Virus record (IMG/VR): IMGVR_UViG_3300017786_003484
Span: 1-64,000 of that record
DNA length: 64,000 nt
Direction: 5' to 3' (one strand)
Part shown: piece after piece, positions 20,901-29,592 of the stretch
How positions within the stretch are numbered: position 1 is the stretch's first letter
Layout: the number at the start of each line of letters is the position of its first letter
The notes under the pieces: model-generated
Seen by the model: the letters and a program-made list of their open reading frames with translations, nothing else
The model's database searches: none
What the model was told of the DNA's origin: nothing
Program-made: the position numbers and the translations under genes

Positions 20901-23830
20901 GTATAAGATCCATTTATTGAAGGAATTTGAAAACTATTACTCCAGTTTTCATTTCCTCTTGAGTTGGCTAATATATTTTTCTCAAATGATTCATTTAATA
21001 TTGAAGGAGTTACTCCGTTTACAAAAGAAATGTTTTGTGTTGGATTATATGCTAATCCAGGAATTGCTGTACAATGTTGACTCTTTACATCAGCATTGGT
21101 TACAAATTCTCCTTGGTGCATTATTTCAACAGATTTGTTATCTTCGTGTTCTTCTAATGTAATTGAAAAACCTGTGGCAAAATTATCTGCATCTCTACTA
21201 ACAGTTGGTGTCCAGCTTGTAATAAATCCATTAACTTTTACTTTTAAAGTTCTAGGATCATTTTTTGGTTCAATTATCATTAAAGGTACAGAGTAATAGT
21301 TTGGTCCAAACTTAGCAGTATAAAATCCAATATCTAATGCTGTATCTACTTTTATAATTCCTTGAGCATCTGCTGTACCTGATAGTACTAACGTATTACT
21401 ATCATCATATATGTTTACATCTGTTAACGCAGTAGTCTTTAATATTAAAGGTTCATTAGATCCTCCAACTATCATATTGTAAACTACATTTTTAAAATTG
21501 TCTGCATGTTGTACAAGAATGTTATCACCGTGTGGCACTATTACCCATTCATATGTTGGCCATGCACTCTTTGAAAATTCTATTCCGTTGACTATGTCTG
21601 TGCTATCAATTCTTAAACTAGCCCAGCTCTTTAATCTAAACCAAGCCTTAAGAACACCAGTACTCATTCCGTCATTAACACTTTGTGGTAATCCTGTAAC
21701 TACCGAATGTAATCGTCTAAAGTTAATTGGTCCTGGAACATCTGCATCTCTATCCCCAGAAGTTAAAAACTTTGTAGCATCTTGTAATGTATAGTTAAAC
21801 AATATATCTGCTGGTTTATTTTTAGAATTATTGTTTAATTCAACTGAAAAGTTACTGTTATCAAACGATAATCTAAATCCACTTTCTTTATCTGCAGAAC
21901 CACTTCCGTCTTTATACTCAATAATAGTTGAACTCTGTCTAGTTGGAACGTCACCAAGTTGTTCTGCCCATTTATCCAAAGGAACTTGGTTTCTATCATA
22001 TAGTCTCCATAAAGGTACATGCGTTCTGCTCAATCTTGTCTGCGCCGGGTATACAACTGATCCGTCTACCTTATATTCAAAGTATGCTTTTAACCCAGCT
22101 CTGATATACATAGACTGTCCATCTTTAGGTGTATCAATAATAAAGTGTGTGCATATTCCTTGACTGTTAGCTCTAAAGACAATTATTTTATTTTTGTAAG
22201 CACCGTCTCTCAACCATAATATATTTTCACCAAATAATCTTATACCTTGTCTTTGTCTTACTGCAATTAAGTTCAAGTCAGTGAGTGCAGTACGAGCTTT
22301 TTGATTTGTACTAAATGCTTGAGTTAGAAAATTTTCTATCGCTACTTCGTCGCCATTAATTAACGCCTGATAAATTAATTCATTACGAGCTTGTTCAGCA
22401 GATCCTAAGAACATATCTACTAATATTCTTATAATATCTAATCCAACATAATCATCTGGTTGCTGTGAAACTCCTTCTTCGTTTTCAGCTACTGCTCCAA
22501 TTCTTCCTTTAAAAGTAGTTCCGTGGTTAAAAGTTTCTAAACTATTCTCAAATTCAATAATAGGTCTTAGAGCAACGTCTTTATCTGAAACAATGTCTGA
22601 TTGTTTAATATTAAGAAAATTACAAGTTTCATTAATTGTGTCTTTATGAAGCCAAACATTTGATCTAGAGAATGCACTTCTATTTTCTGCACCAGATTCT
22701 TGTGTAACATAATGCTTTTGATTTATTCCTAGTATGTCGCCTTCCCATGATAGTTCGTCCCATGATAAATTAGTCTGATCCCACAATGATGTTAGTTCAG
22801 TACTATAAACTGTTTGTCTATCTTGGTGTGATTGAGATAATAACTTAATTCCAGAAGGAGTACCAACTCCAGAAACTTGAAAAACTCTTTGAGTGTTTAC
22901 TGAACCTACTTGTAAAATTTCATCAGCATTAACATAGTAATCGTTTAACGTGAGAATAACCTGAGATCCTACTGCTGGTATACTTGTTGCATTCCATATA
23001 ATGCTTTCTCCTACAAAATCAAAGTCGTTGTTTTGTCCAACAGTTTTAACAACTCCGTCAACTTCTACTACTACTTTTAAGAATTTACTAAATCCCCATT
23101 CTCCAGAAACCTCATTATAGAAATCTAATTGGTTGGTTCCGTCAGCAATATGTGATTCTGAAATTGTGCCGTTAATTGATTCTCTGCCATCTACTGTCTT
23201 TTTAAAACTAACTCTCATTCCATTTTTAAGAGATAGTGTTCTTCCGTTTGCTTGTAAAGGTGTTGTATAATATTGCTTTCCAATAATATCACTGAGAATA
23301 TTAATTGGAGCACTTGTATCTGAAATGATTGATCCAGTTAAATGTATAATTGGAACCTGAGGAGCAATCCACATATAGTTACTCCAGTTAATAAATTTAT
23401 CTGGGTTAATCGGAAAATCATTTACACTTACAGGAACCAAAGGTTCGTTGTCATGCTCGTCAAGAAAGCCTTGCGATAATGCAAGATTATCTGATGTTAA
23501 TGTGTAAACTTTATTATCATTTCTTCTAACAACTATTCCTTCTTCTAGTTGTCGTTTTTTATTATCTGCTGTAGGTAAAAAGTCATTGTTTGAAGAAGTT
23601 AATTGCCCTGAAGCCGCAGTTGGCCTGCCAATATTATAGTTTACATTTTCAATAACATTAGGTTGAAACATGTCTTCAACTGTTGCTGTAAATAACTTCT
23701 TATTAATATCTGTTTTAAAGATATCAGGTAAAAGATTTATTGCAAGAGGATCAACCTTCTCTACTTTCTTTTCATTGGTATATGTATTGCTTTCAATACT
23801 TTTACCATTAAACTTTTTAGCATTTGCCAT
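14918..23830 (-). CDS. Giant virion structural protein (2970 aa), probable baseplate wedge/fibre-anchoring protein
   Basis: Directly follows gp6-like gene; LLPDIFKTDINKKL, INPDKFINWSNY, RPIIEF and YIQEVKPYHTK blocks; Ig-like and CBM-like inserts. Confidence 0.7.
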   Translation of the reverse strand: MANAKKFNGKSIESNTYTNEKKVEKVDPLAINLLPDIFKTDINKKLFTATVEDMFQPNVIENVNYNIGRPTAASGQLTSSNNDFLPTADNKKRQLEEGIVVRRNDNKVYTLTSDNLALSQGFLDEHDNEPLVPVSVNDFPINPDKFINWSNYMWIAPQVPIIHLTGSIISDTSAPINILSDIIGKQYYTTPLQANGRTLSLKNGMRVSFKKTVDGRESINGTISESHIADGTNQLDFYNEVSGEWGFSKFLKVVVEVDGVVKTVGQNNDFDFVGESIIWNATSIPAVGSQVILTLNDYYVNADEILQVGSVNTQRVFQVSGVGTPSGIKLLSQSHQDRQTVYSTELTSLWDQTNLSWDELSWEGDILGINQKHYVTQESGAENRSAFSRSNVWLHKDTINETCNFLNIKQSDIVSDKDVALRPIIEFENSLETFNHGTTFKGRIGAVAENEEGVSQQPDDYVGLDIIRILVDMFLGSAEQARNELIYQALINGDEVAIENFLTQAFSTNQKARTALTDLNLIAVRQRQGIRLFGENILWLRDGAYKNKIIVFRANSQGICTHFIIDTPKDGQSMYIRAGLKAYFEYKVDGSVVYPAQTRLSRTHVPLWRLYDRNQVPLDKWAEQLGDVPTRQSSTIIEYKDGSGSADKESGFRLSFDNSNFSVELNNNSKNKPADILFNYTLQDATKFLTSGDRDADVPGPINFRRLHSVVTGLPQSVNDGMSTGVLKAWFRLKSWASLRIDSTDIVNGIEFSKSAWPTYEWVIVPHGDNILVQHADNFKNVVYNMIVGGSNEPLILKTTALTDVNIYDDSNTLVLSGTADAQGIIKVDTALDIGFYTAKFGPNYYSVPLMIIEPKNDPRTLKVKVNGFITSWTPTVSRDADNFATGFSITLEEHEDNKSVEIMHQGEFVTNADVKSQHCTAIPGLAYNPTQNISFVNGVTPSILNESFEKNILANSRGNENWSNSFQIPSINGSYTADISAMRGMWTTQRLNPDLGEVVINRSMNAWRWHRRFIKLVETFNNAYEVTTSNSREILDLMLDQLNIEVNTNSTDAESGMVFSTTNMLKVNYTVQGTSETTFAVNIGSSILNQDEYDPDHVYVYVDNILQIEGYSVDTTPNVIFSNPVSEGSIVAIYYRGSATPLLSGVPASPTKLGLKGLTKPELIRERWGMFDRFLILRHDGSKVMAHQDNIYSAPDPRDYLILELERRIYVSCIELPGATLRENSGLYCNPDITSLRSLAEVRWFESNDIDFRDRSQDFDFADPWTWNYNGESWRGMYIRLFGTYQPDSRPWEILNFSNKPDWWDHHYQWGEPTQRVALESALETGLVSEPGTPAVYDYGSRREYPNGFPVTTDVKLIHPNDWLGITVTEDAAGAPWEIGSYGVWEDLWARSSAGAYHQIFDKIGNNNTVNEFVEKGINPYVVTNNNNTTEALGQYSIFPDVPWVQLRPTVGIGALLFESNKELNFPGSEVINELENLGVVLMFGMGGFSNQEARFKMPHAKVSDGTFVPDEDFNLTLDAGVGTNDLRYSAVRLEREDDGFRVYGFDPEQRYFTTVLPIKDGTSGTFQRTVETDTDTLILYKQHETDVINIPYGHKFETKQELYEFFIGVQALQERNGLVFDKLNSRGTVGNWEQVALDAMTWIGENWGTDTYWLGGPIDSKGFLYEHQLGHLDKLDNDLTRRGKIIFSDGKLAQPNDLLISRNYNEKQDLVEITSKKQVTFIDFSLRSYDHIFFFNNSTRFGDVINNSQLQYRLQNLKMVARRTRGWDGKPFAQGVIVTNTGLLPGLESLATDIVKSRDSEKSQFNTFLSDVSKGDIIPSKKSIIEEIISDESVEFAYKQGLNSASGTNLAIDALFRNSAIDIPGTLQDLEINEQWLFTDGEFGKLGNRRVWEIEVRAEDMTSTRQIIRFKEGEDDVDFRSDNIIDILKNDSRWVSRSKDINFKTIARSDITPDYVKKNNWLPSAGVGNLVETNVQKRSVNELFGSNIGLFEDDKFERLDELRSFSKFGIYKEGDRVWNNGLLYQAIENVTGGQNTAFDSAQWTVVTEDAISLPPTVWLSDFNFKDFTTTETGETEVSWNILQGTVPALINEICPNGDPALEESKVTFANAHGLAVDDMLLILGTNEETIRTFHVVTKVIDAYNILIPTRVSTKTENLVSITMMNTKGKTTADLPTNLTNIAVGTKFYLEPDSTAQGEYTVYEFNGTAWIINEEATTLQGNMVDSTAIDSITLLDGDTGNKIANIELFDPYKGFTIDDVVQYLNYRQGADPAVYNIDEFGNEELDATTYWENTQIGKLWWDTSKLRYAEYEQRNNVEYRANYWGEQFADSEVEIYEWYSSDEEPAVDTHPDARIDYSDGDGIIRYTENQEYNNNGALVTKYYYWSKNPSDIPTEAKRIYSALAIQSALNSPDIAGITWASPIATNALVLSNANGFLASRKSVILRIVERTDGLQQHVNSLLVSEGKSGSVIPEYLFRRLKTSISGRDQYRRTHALKEWIPNTLYNEGDVVINYNLSQVVTTSTYNDNDVPVIKFLNDTREKVEGVLRPIYQIDEGTGNLVDSLGNIFALSTDTRLETKKKLHRPMLITNKTGYTSTSDFVADALSDWNMVVSGATAVQEAGGLNGEYLAVIPARRRVPDTKLHPLRRYGNQYVPLPQTWYKDIKEARRNFVYSANKYLLQANVVSKATYDAHLLTYQPLFGPYVKDLTPYWEFVDYLDTGYVVGSEQAFVDNLSEITTLSSDITIFGLLDSNGELERSFNKNGLDIELVFQRGGTIQFLDTVWDGSLGDAWDTARWDKFPWDEDGSEVLESLLTALREDLLVTNDIGFFNLFFFDMVKESLNQIPNSSWAIKSTYLDISKTSSDDLRGVSLFYDKLAEQVATYIQEVKPYHTKVANFNNKLSSNDTINVGITESLIMNIETEEFTVSIDDAVLTDEDGNTISFLNPDVSTSTLVEVDPNGASEVVPTI

Positions 23831-23835
23831 TTATG

Positions 23836-26800
23836 TTAAGCCCTTCTTGGTAACGGAACTTGTTCGGTTGTAATAATTTCAATATTATCTGCTGTAGCAC
23901 TACTAATAAACAACTCGTTTTCTTCGCATTTGATTTGAAATATATCACTAACCGATACTGTTGCTTGTACAGGTACTAAAGCTACACTTGAGACAACTCC
24001 AGCTAATTGCTGATGTATCCATGCCGCCATATCTGTAAAATAAAATGTTTCTCCAAAATCCCAGTTTTCAACTGAGAAATAATCGTTAATTGATGCAATT
24101 ACTCTACTTCTAACTTCTGCATTACTTACTTTAGTCCCGTCGCTTCTTGTTACTCTAATTGTTACTTGATCTCTAATGTTTGCATTTTCTCCAAATATAA
24201 TTTTATATTTTATTGGATGATATATTATAGTATCACTTACACTTTTATAAGGAGTAATGCTAGACATAAAGTCACTAAGTTCAGTTGACGTCATTGTAGT
24301 TGGAACCTCGTCAAATTCTGTTCCGGTTGCTAACCAATTTCTAAAATTAGAATCATATTCGTCTGTTAATACAAACATATCAATAATATTAGTAGTTGTT
24401 GCATCTACTCTGTTTTCCCTTAAAGGAACATGATTATGTTGTATTGTTAGGCTTTGCCTTCCAGTAACTGTTTTTGAAGGAGTTGTAATATCGTTTATAG
24501 CTCTTGGTGCTAAAGTGAACTGACCTTCTGCATCATCAAATTCTTTCTCTACTAGCTCAATAGTTTGCGATACTCCTTGTACTGTAAATATTAAACTAAA
24601 CAAGTTAGGATTTTTAGGAATTAAATCATCACTGATTCCCGGAAGTTGTACAATAACTCTCTTAGGATCATACCTACCATCATCAAGTGTAAAGTAATCC
24701 GATACTTCTAGTTCTGCTCTCCTTGTAACACCTGGATTGTTTGCGGCACTACTTGAAAGTACTTGTACTGTATCTTGGATAACTCTTCTAGTTACAGAAT
24801 CCAATGCTTGTCCAAATTTTTGATTGTGAAAAACTATTTGTGATTCACTACCTAGTACTACAATATCTCTTCTTGTAGTTGCTGTCCAAGTATTACTATC
24901 ATTGCTATGAGTAAAACGTAGTAACCAACTTGTACCAACAGTAGATGAATCAAAATTTCCTTCAGTGACTATTTCATCTGCGTTAATAATCTTCCAATCA
25001 TCTAATACATGATCGTAACGTAAACCAAAGTTTCGTTGTGCTTGTAATTCATCTAAGATGTTTCTTTTTTCGCCATCTGTAAATACAACACGAAGATTAG
25101 GCATCCAGGACACTACGTCTTGGTTTGCAGAAATTCCTTCAATAAACACAGCTCCTTCACCGTTTGCTCTTTTTCCTGTGTTAACACCGTCTGATGATGT
25201 TAATCCAAATCCATCTCTGAAAACATCTTGTATCTTGTACCAGCCTAAATCGGCTAGTCTAACTAAAGAATTTTTCTTTAATGTTCTTATATCTTGTTCT
25301 ACTGAACTTCTTCCAATTCTTTTAGGATCAACATTGCCTGTAAAGTATCCATGTGTTGATCCAATTGTAGTATCTACTGTTTTCCAATAAACTGGGTTTG
25401 CAGGTGAGATAGGTGTAAATCTTCTGTAGTATAACTGATGTAAAGGACGATACTGTAGTGTATCTAATAACCATTTCATAATTTTGTTTGTTCCAACTGA
25501 GTCAGCTATTTTTGTGTCTACAGTTGATTCGTCAGTATATAAAAATGCATCATCTGCCAATGTAATAACTGGTCTATAAGATGCTGTTGGATCAGCTAAA
25601 TCTGAGTACAGGCTTTGTCCTGTGTGTATTCTGTTTATAGATTTTATTCTAGATATACCAGACACTTTACCTTGAGGATAATTATTATAATCATCTGCTG
25701 TAATCATTCTATTTTGACTAGCGGCGGTTCTGCTTGCATTATTTTTAATGTCGGTAATAGACTCACTCTCAATGCCAGCCATGTTATTTTTAGGACTAAT
25801 ATTACAAACTATTTCTTGAGGCTGTCCTAAAGAATCTACATAAACTAAATTTAAATCTACATCAGTAGTTTCGCCTTTTTGTATAATAAAGTCTTCGTTA
25901 GCACTAACTCTAAACCAAATTCTAATATTACCAAATGGTACATTACCAAATGATCCATTGCCAAATTTAATTGATATCTGGTCGTTAGTTCTAGTAATTA
26001 TTTCAAAGATATTTCTATCTTCTTTATCAATATCATTAAAAGATATGTTGTTACCAACAACACTTTCAACCTTTGTCCAATATGTTAATATTGTGCCTGT
26101 CTGGTCCACAGTTTGTACCCATACATCAGTATCATTGATATTATTTGCATTAATATCAATTACTCTGTTTTCTACAACATTATCAATAATAATATCCTGA
26201 AACTGAAGTGTTCCTTGCTTACAACTAAAGAACCAACCATTTGATTCACCAGCAAATCCTGTTCCGTCATTATTAAAAGTAAGACTCTTTGCATTTAACG
26301 GAGATGGTGGGCTTTCAATTAATGCTCCGTCTTCTAGTGTTACTGGAATAATATCAAACGTATATGATTGTCCTGCTCTACTATTCAATGAAACATTTTC
26401 TATCAAGCTAGAATCATCTGTTTCTTCAAACTCATAAATTTCTCTAGTCATTGCTCCTGACTGAAATGTACTAATTGGTCTTCCGATAGGATTACTTTTA
26501 CTAAATGCTTCGTTTAATATTAAGTTAAATTGTTCTTGAAAATCACTGTTTAGCGGATCTGCCCATACAATATTTTGACCTGCTAGGTTGACTCCTCTAC
26601 TATCGTATATTTCTTGAGAACTTGAAATACTGTTAATTCTTAAAAAACCTTCAGCAGTTTTATTTCTATGTGGCTTGTATCCTATTTGTCTAGCAATAGA
26701 TAATACGTTTTCTCTTACTTCAGCAGTTTCTAAGAATGTTTCTCTTAAATTTAAATCTGCTCTGAATGCTATGTTTTGTCCGAGGAATGAAATTAAATCA

Positions 26801-26994
26801 ACTAATGCAACATATTCACTGCTATTAATAAAGTCATTAAAATCTTCTCCGTAATTAACCTGGATATGATCTAGTAGTGCTTCTCTTAATGATTCAAAAT
26901 CATATGCTTTAAAATCTGCATTGACTAAATCTCTATAACTATTAAGCCAGCTCTCTGCGGCGTTTAACTGACTTAGACGCTTTGTCTGACTCAT
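23836..26994 (-). CDS. Baseplate wedge subunit, T4 gp6-like
   Basis: DFKAYDFESLRE, ETFLETAE..ENVL..ARQIGYKP, IKFGNGSFGNVP, ESITDIK, QNRMITADDY. Confidence 0.85.
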   Translation of the reverse strand: MSQTKRLSQLNAAESWLNSYRDLVNADFKAYDFESLREALLDHIQVNYGEDFNDFINSSEYVALVDLISFLGQNIAFRADLNLRETFLETAEVRENVLSIARQIGYKPHRNKTAEGFLRINSISSSQEIYDSRGVNLAGQNIVWADPLNSDFQEQFNLILNEAFSKSNPIGRPISTFQSGAMTREIYEFEETDDSSLIENVSLNSRAGQSYTFDIIPVTLEDGALIESPPSPLNAKSLTFNNDGTGFAGESNGWFFSCKQGTLQFQDIIIDNVVENRVIDINANNINDTDVWVQTVDQTGTILTYWTKVESVVGNNISFNDIDKEDRNIFEIITRTNDQISIKFGNGSFGNVPFGNIRIWFRVSANEDFIIQKGETTDVDLNLVYVDSLGQPQEIVCNISPKNNMAGIESESITDIKNNASRTAASQNRMITADDYNNYPQGKVSGISRIKSINRIHTGQSLYSDLADPTASYRPVITLADDAFLYTDESTVDTKIADSVGTNKIMKWLLDTLQYRPLHQLYYRRFTPISPANPVYWKTVDTTIGSTHGYFTGNVDPKRIGRSSVEQDIRTLKKNSLVRLADLGWYKIQDVFRDGFGLTSSDGVNTGKRANGEGAVFIEGISANQDVVSWMPNLRVVFTDGEKRNILDELQAQRNFGLRYDHVLDDWKIINADEIVTEGNFDSSTVGTSWLLRFTHSNDSNTWTATTRRDIVVLGSESQIVFHNQKFGQALDSVTRRVIQDTVQVLSSSAANNPGVTRRAELEVSDYFTLDDGRYDPKRVIVQLPGISDDLIPKNPNLFSLIFTVQGVSQTIELVEKEFDDAEGQFTLAPRAINDITTPSKTVTGRQSLTIQHNHVPLRENRVDATTTNIIDMFVLTDEYDSNFRNWLATGTEFDEVPTTMTSTELSDFMSSITPYKSVSDTIIYHPIKYKIIFGENANIRDQVTIRVTRSDGTKVSNAEVRSRVIASINDYFSVENWDFGETFYFTDMAAWIHQQLAGVVSSVALVPVQATVSVSDIFQIKCEENELFISSATADNIEIITTEQVPLPRRA

Positions 26995-27368
26995 TAAAAT
27001 TCTCCTTTATTAAATTCCAAAGGAAGTGTAGTTACTTCATTCTCTGGACGATAAATTAGTGTTACATCAACATTAACTGAATGTTCATTTTCTATTGTCT
27101 GAACTTCAACGAATTCCCATCTAGGATCTTCTGAAATAATTCTAACAACATCATCTCTTATTAGTTGTCTTGTACTGTCATCAAGTGGATCAAAAAGCAA
27201 TTCCCATATTATACTGCCATGCGATGGTAGCATAATACGTTCGCCTAGCTTTGTTCCAAATTGATTCAATAAATCTTGTTTTGCTAGATCAAAGTTAGTC
27301 AGCACTGGTTTTGTAAAACTAGTGCCTATTGTACTGTATCCTTTGTATTTTGTTGTCAATGTAGCCAT
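26994..27368 (-). CDS. Baseplate wedge subunit, T4 gp25-like
   Basis: DLLNQFGTKLGERIMLPSHGSIIWELLFDP...EDPR. Confidence 0.85.
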   Translation of the reverse strand: MATLTTKYKGYSTIGTSFTKPVLTNFDLAKQDLLNQFGTKLGERIMLPSHGSIIWELLFDPLDDSTRQLIRDDVVRIISEDPRWEFVEVQTIENEHSVNVDVTLIYRPENEVTTLPLEFNKGEF

Positions 27369-27407
27369 AACTATATTTAGCACCCTTATTAAGCAGGGTT
27401 ATTACTG

Positions 27408-29591
27408 TTATGCCCTTGTAGGTGTATTTGGCGGATTATTTTCGCCAGTATGAGGATTTCCATGTTTATTTTGTAATGATGCAACTTGTGTTATAGTAGA
27501 ACCAGGAGGTATTTTTCCTGTGTTTAAAAAGTAGCTTCTTTCGTACTGTGCTCGTTGTAATTTGTTAGGAGGAAGGTACTTTGATTGTAGTCTTTTACCA
27601 GTAGATGGCCCATTGCCCAAATCAGTTTTCCATTGGTCGTTTTGTGGTTGTCTTGCTCTTTTCTTTTGTACACTTTTAAAGTCAGCAGTAACTCCTTCGT
27701 TCATAAGTTCACTTGCACTTTTCTGAGCTCCTTGTACTTCGCCTGTTATTGCATATTTTGCTTCTGAGTTACGTTGAGTAGCATTTGGTGTATAATACGC
27801 ATTTGCCCATATAGTTGCAATATCTTTAGGTTGAGGTCTGCCATCACCACTTGCTTTTCCGCTATCTACTAATTGATCTGCCATTTTATAAGCATTACCT
27901 GGATTTCCAAAAGAAGCCATACACAATGCATCAAACATTGTTTGTGTAATACAAACTGTGTCTTTACCAATCCTCTTAATTAGACGGCGCCTTAGAGGAG
28001 GAGTCATATGTCTATCAATAATTTGTCTACTTGCAATTCTTGCTTCTGCTTCACTTGGTCCATCAACTAGTGCTTGTTTTATACTTGCATCTAGTTTGCT
28101 TGCAGAGTTTTGTGGTCCCCAGATATCAACTCTAGTTCCATATCCAACACTATATCCTTGAAAATCTGCATACATCATTCCTCTATATGCTTCTCTACTT
28201 TTCATCATATTAAATGCTTTTTCACTCATTACTGCTCCTTTTAAACTTAAAGGAGGCATACAAGAAACAGCATCAGCAGTCAATGGAATTCCTGTTTGTT
28301 GAGAAACTAGTTCTCCTTCAGCATTTGCAACAGGCAACAATGATTCATAACTTTCTGGAGCTGGAACTACTGTAGGACTACCAGGAACACTTGCTAAAAC
28401 TGCTTCGGGTGAGTTTGGACTTAACGTTCCAACTGGCAATGTAATTTTTTCACCAACTTCGAACTTTCCGTGTCCTGCCCAAGGCTCATGCTCTGGTACT
28501 CTAGCAGATACACTTTCTCCTACTAGTTCATTTACAATATGATTATGTACTTCGGGCTTAGTTGCCTTTGCCGCAACAGGTCCGTTCATATCAATTCTTT
28601 TTGCAGTTTCTTTATAAACTGCCGCTACATTGACATCCATTCCTGCTAGTGATGTTTGAAATAGCCCTTGACCAGCTGTAACATTATAACTCTGTCCTGT
28701 TTCAATTTTAGTGTTTTCTTTTGACTTCACGTTAATATCTTTGACTGCTTCTATATTAATATTTTTACCGGCATGCATATTAATATTCTCTTCTGCATGA
28801 AAAGATATGTCCTTCTGTGAGTACACATCAATGTTTCCTTCTTCGTCTAATTCTATCCAAGCAGTACCTTTTGCATTAATAATGTTAATATACCCGCCCT
28901 CTTCGTGCATCTGTATTTGGTGCCCACTAGAAGTACGAAAACGTATTTGTCCGTCGAGTCCTTCTTCTCCGTCGTCTAACATAAGACTATGCTGATTAGG
29001 AGTTAATATACCATATGCTAATCCAGGATGGCTTGAAGCATTTCTAAAAGGACCAGCATTAGTTTGACCTCTTCTTAAATCTTTATCAATTCCTTGTTCA
29101 CTTAATCTAAAACTAGCAGGGTGTTCAGGCCTACGCATGATATTTTTATCTGAAACATTCCATCTATTTCTATCGCCAATTGGCCTTACTAAACCTTCGT
29201 GTGTGGCTCCTGACGCAACTCCTGGCAATGCATGTGTTTTATCGTCATGTGGTACACATGCCCACCATACGCCTAAGTTTTTATCTCCATTAATAAAAGA
29301 GCATATTACAAACACATTTAAGTCTGGTGGAACATGCCATATACCATAGGCTCTATCTGTTTCTTCATAATCAACTGAACCTTTAACTGGCTTCTCTGCT
29401 TGGTGGTTTGTTGATCCAGCAAAAGGAGGACAATACTTTACTCTTCTCCAATGATCTGGATTATTTTCATCTCCGAGAAACTCTTTGATATAAACTTCAA
29501 GTACACCCATGCCATAGGGGTCTGCATTGTTTTTAATTTTACCAAGATACACTCCTGTAAAACTTTCTAAATCATATGGTCCTGTTGACAT
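27408..29591 (-). CDS. Baseplate hub/spike, T4 gp5/VgrG-like, with C-terminal lysozyme-like domain
   Basis: OB-fold (DPYGMGVLEVYI..PPDLNVFV), RTSSGHQI, beta-helix repeats (ENINMHAGKNINIEA), then EAYRGMMYADFQGYSVGYG...FDALC. Confidence 0.75.
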   Translation of the reverse strand: MSTGPYDLESFTGVYLGKIKNNADPYGMGVLEVYIKEFLGDENNPDHWRRVKYCPPFAGSTNHQAEKPVKGSVDYEETDRAYGIWHVPPDLNVFVICSFINGDKNLGVWWACVPHDDKTHALPGVASGATHEGLVRPIGDRNRWNVSDKNIMRRPEHPASFRLSEQGIDKDLRRGQTNAGPFRNASSHPGLAYGILTPNQHSLMLDDGEEGLDGQIRFRTSSGHQIQMHEEGGYINIINAKGTAWIELDEEGNIDVYSQKDISFHAEENINMHAGKNINIEAVKDINVKSKENTKIETGQSYNVTAGQGLFQTSLAGMDVNVAAVYKETAKRIDMNGPVAAKATKPEVHNHIVNELVGESVSARVPEHEPWAGHGKFEVGEKITLPVGTLSPNSPEAVLASVPGSPTVVPAPESYESLLPVANAEGELVSQQTGIPLTADAVSCMPPLSLKGAVMSEKAFNMMKSREAYRGMMYADFQGYSVGYGTRVDIWGPQNSASKLDASIKQALVDGPSEAEARIASRQIIDRHMTPPLRRRLIKRIGKDTVCITQTMFDALCMASFGNPGNAYKMADQLVDSGKASGDGRPQPKDIATIWANAYYTPNATQRNSEAKYAITGEVQGAQKSASELMNEGVTADFKSVQKKRARQPQNDQWKTDLGNGPSTGKRLQSKYLPPNKLQRAQYERSYFLNTGKIPPGSTITQVASLQNKHGNPHTGENNPPNTPTRA

Positions 29592-29592
29592 A

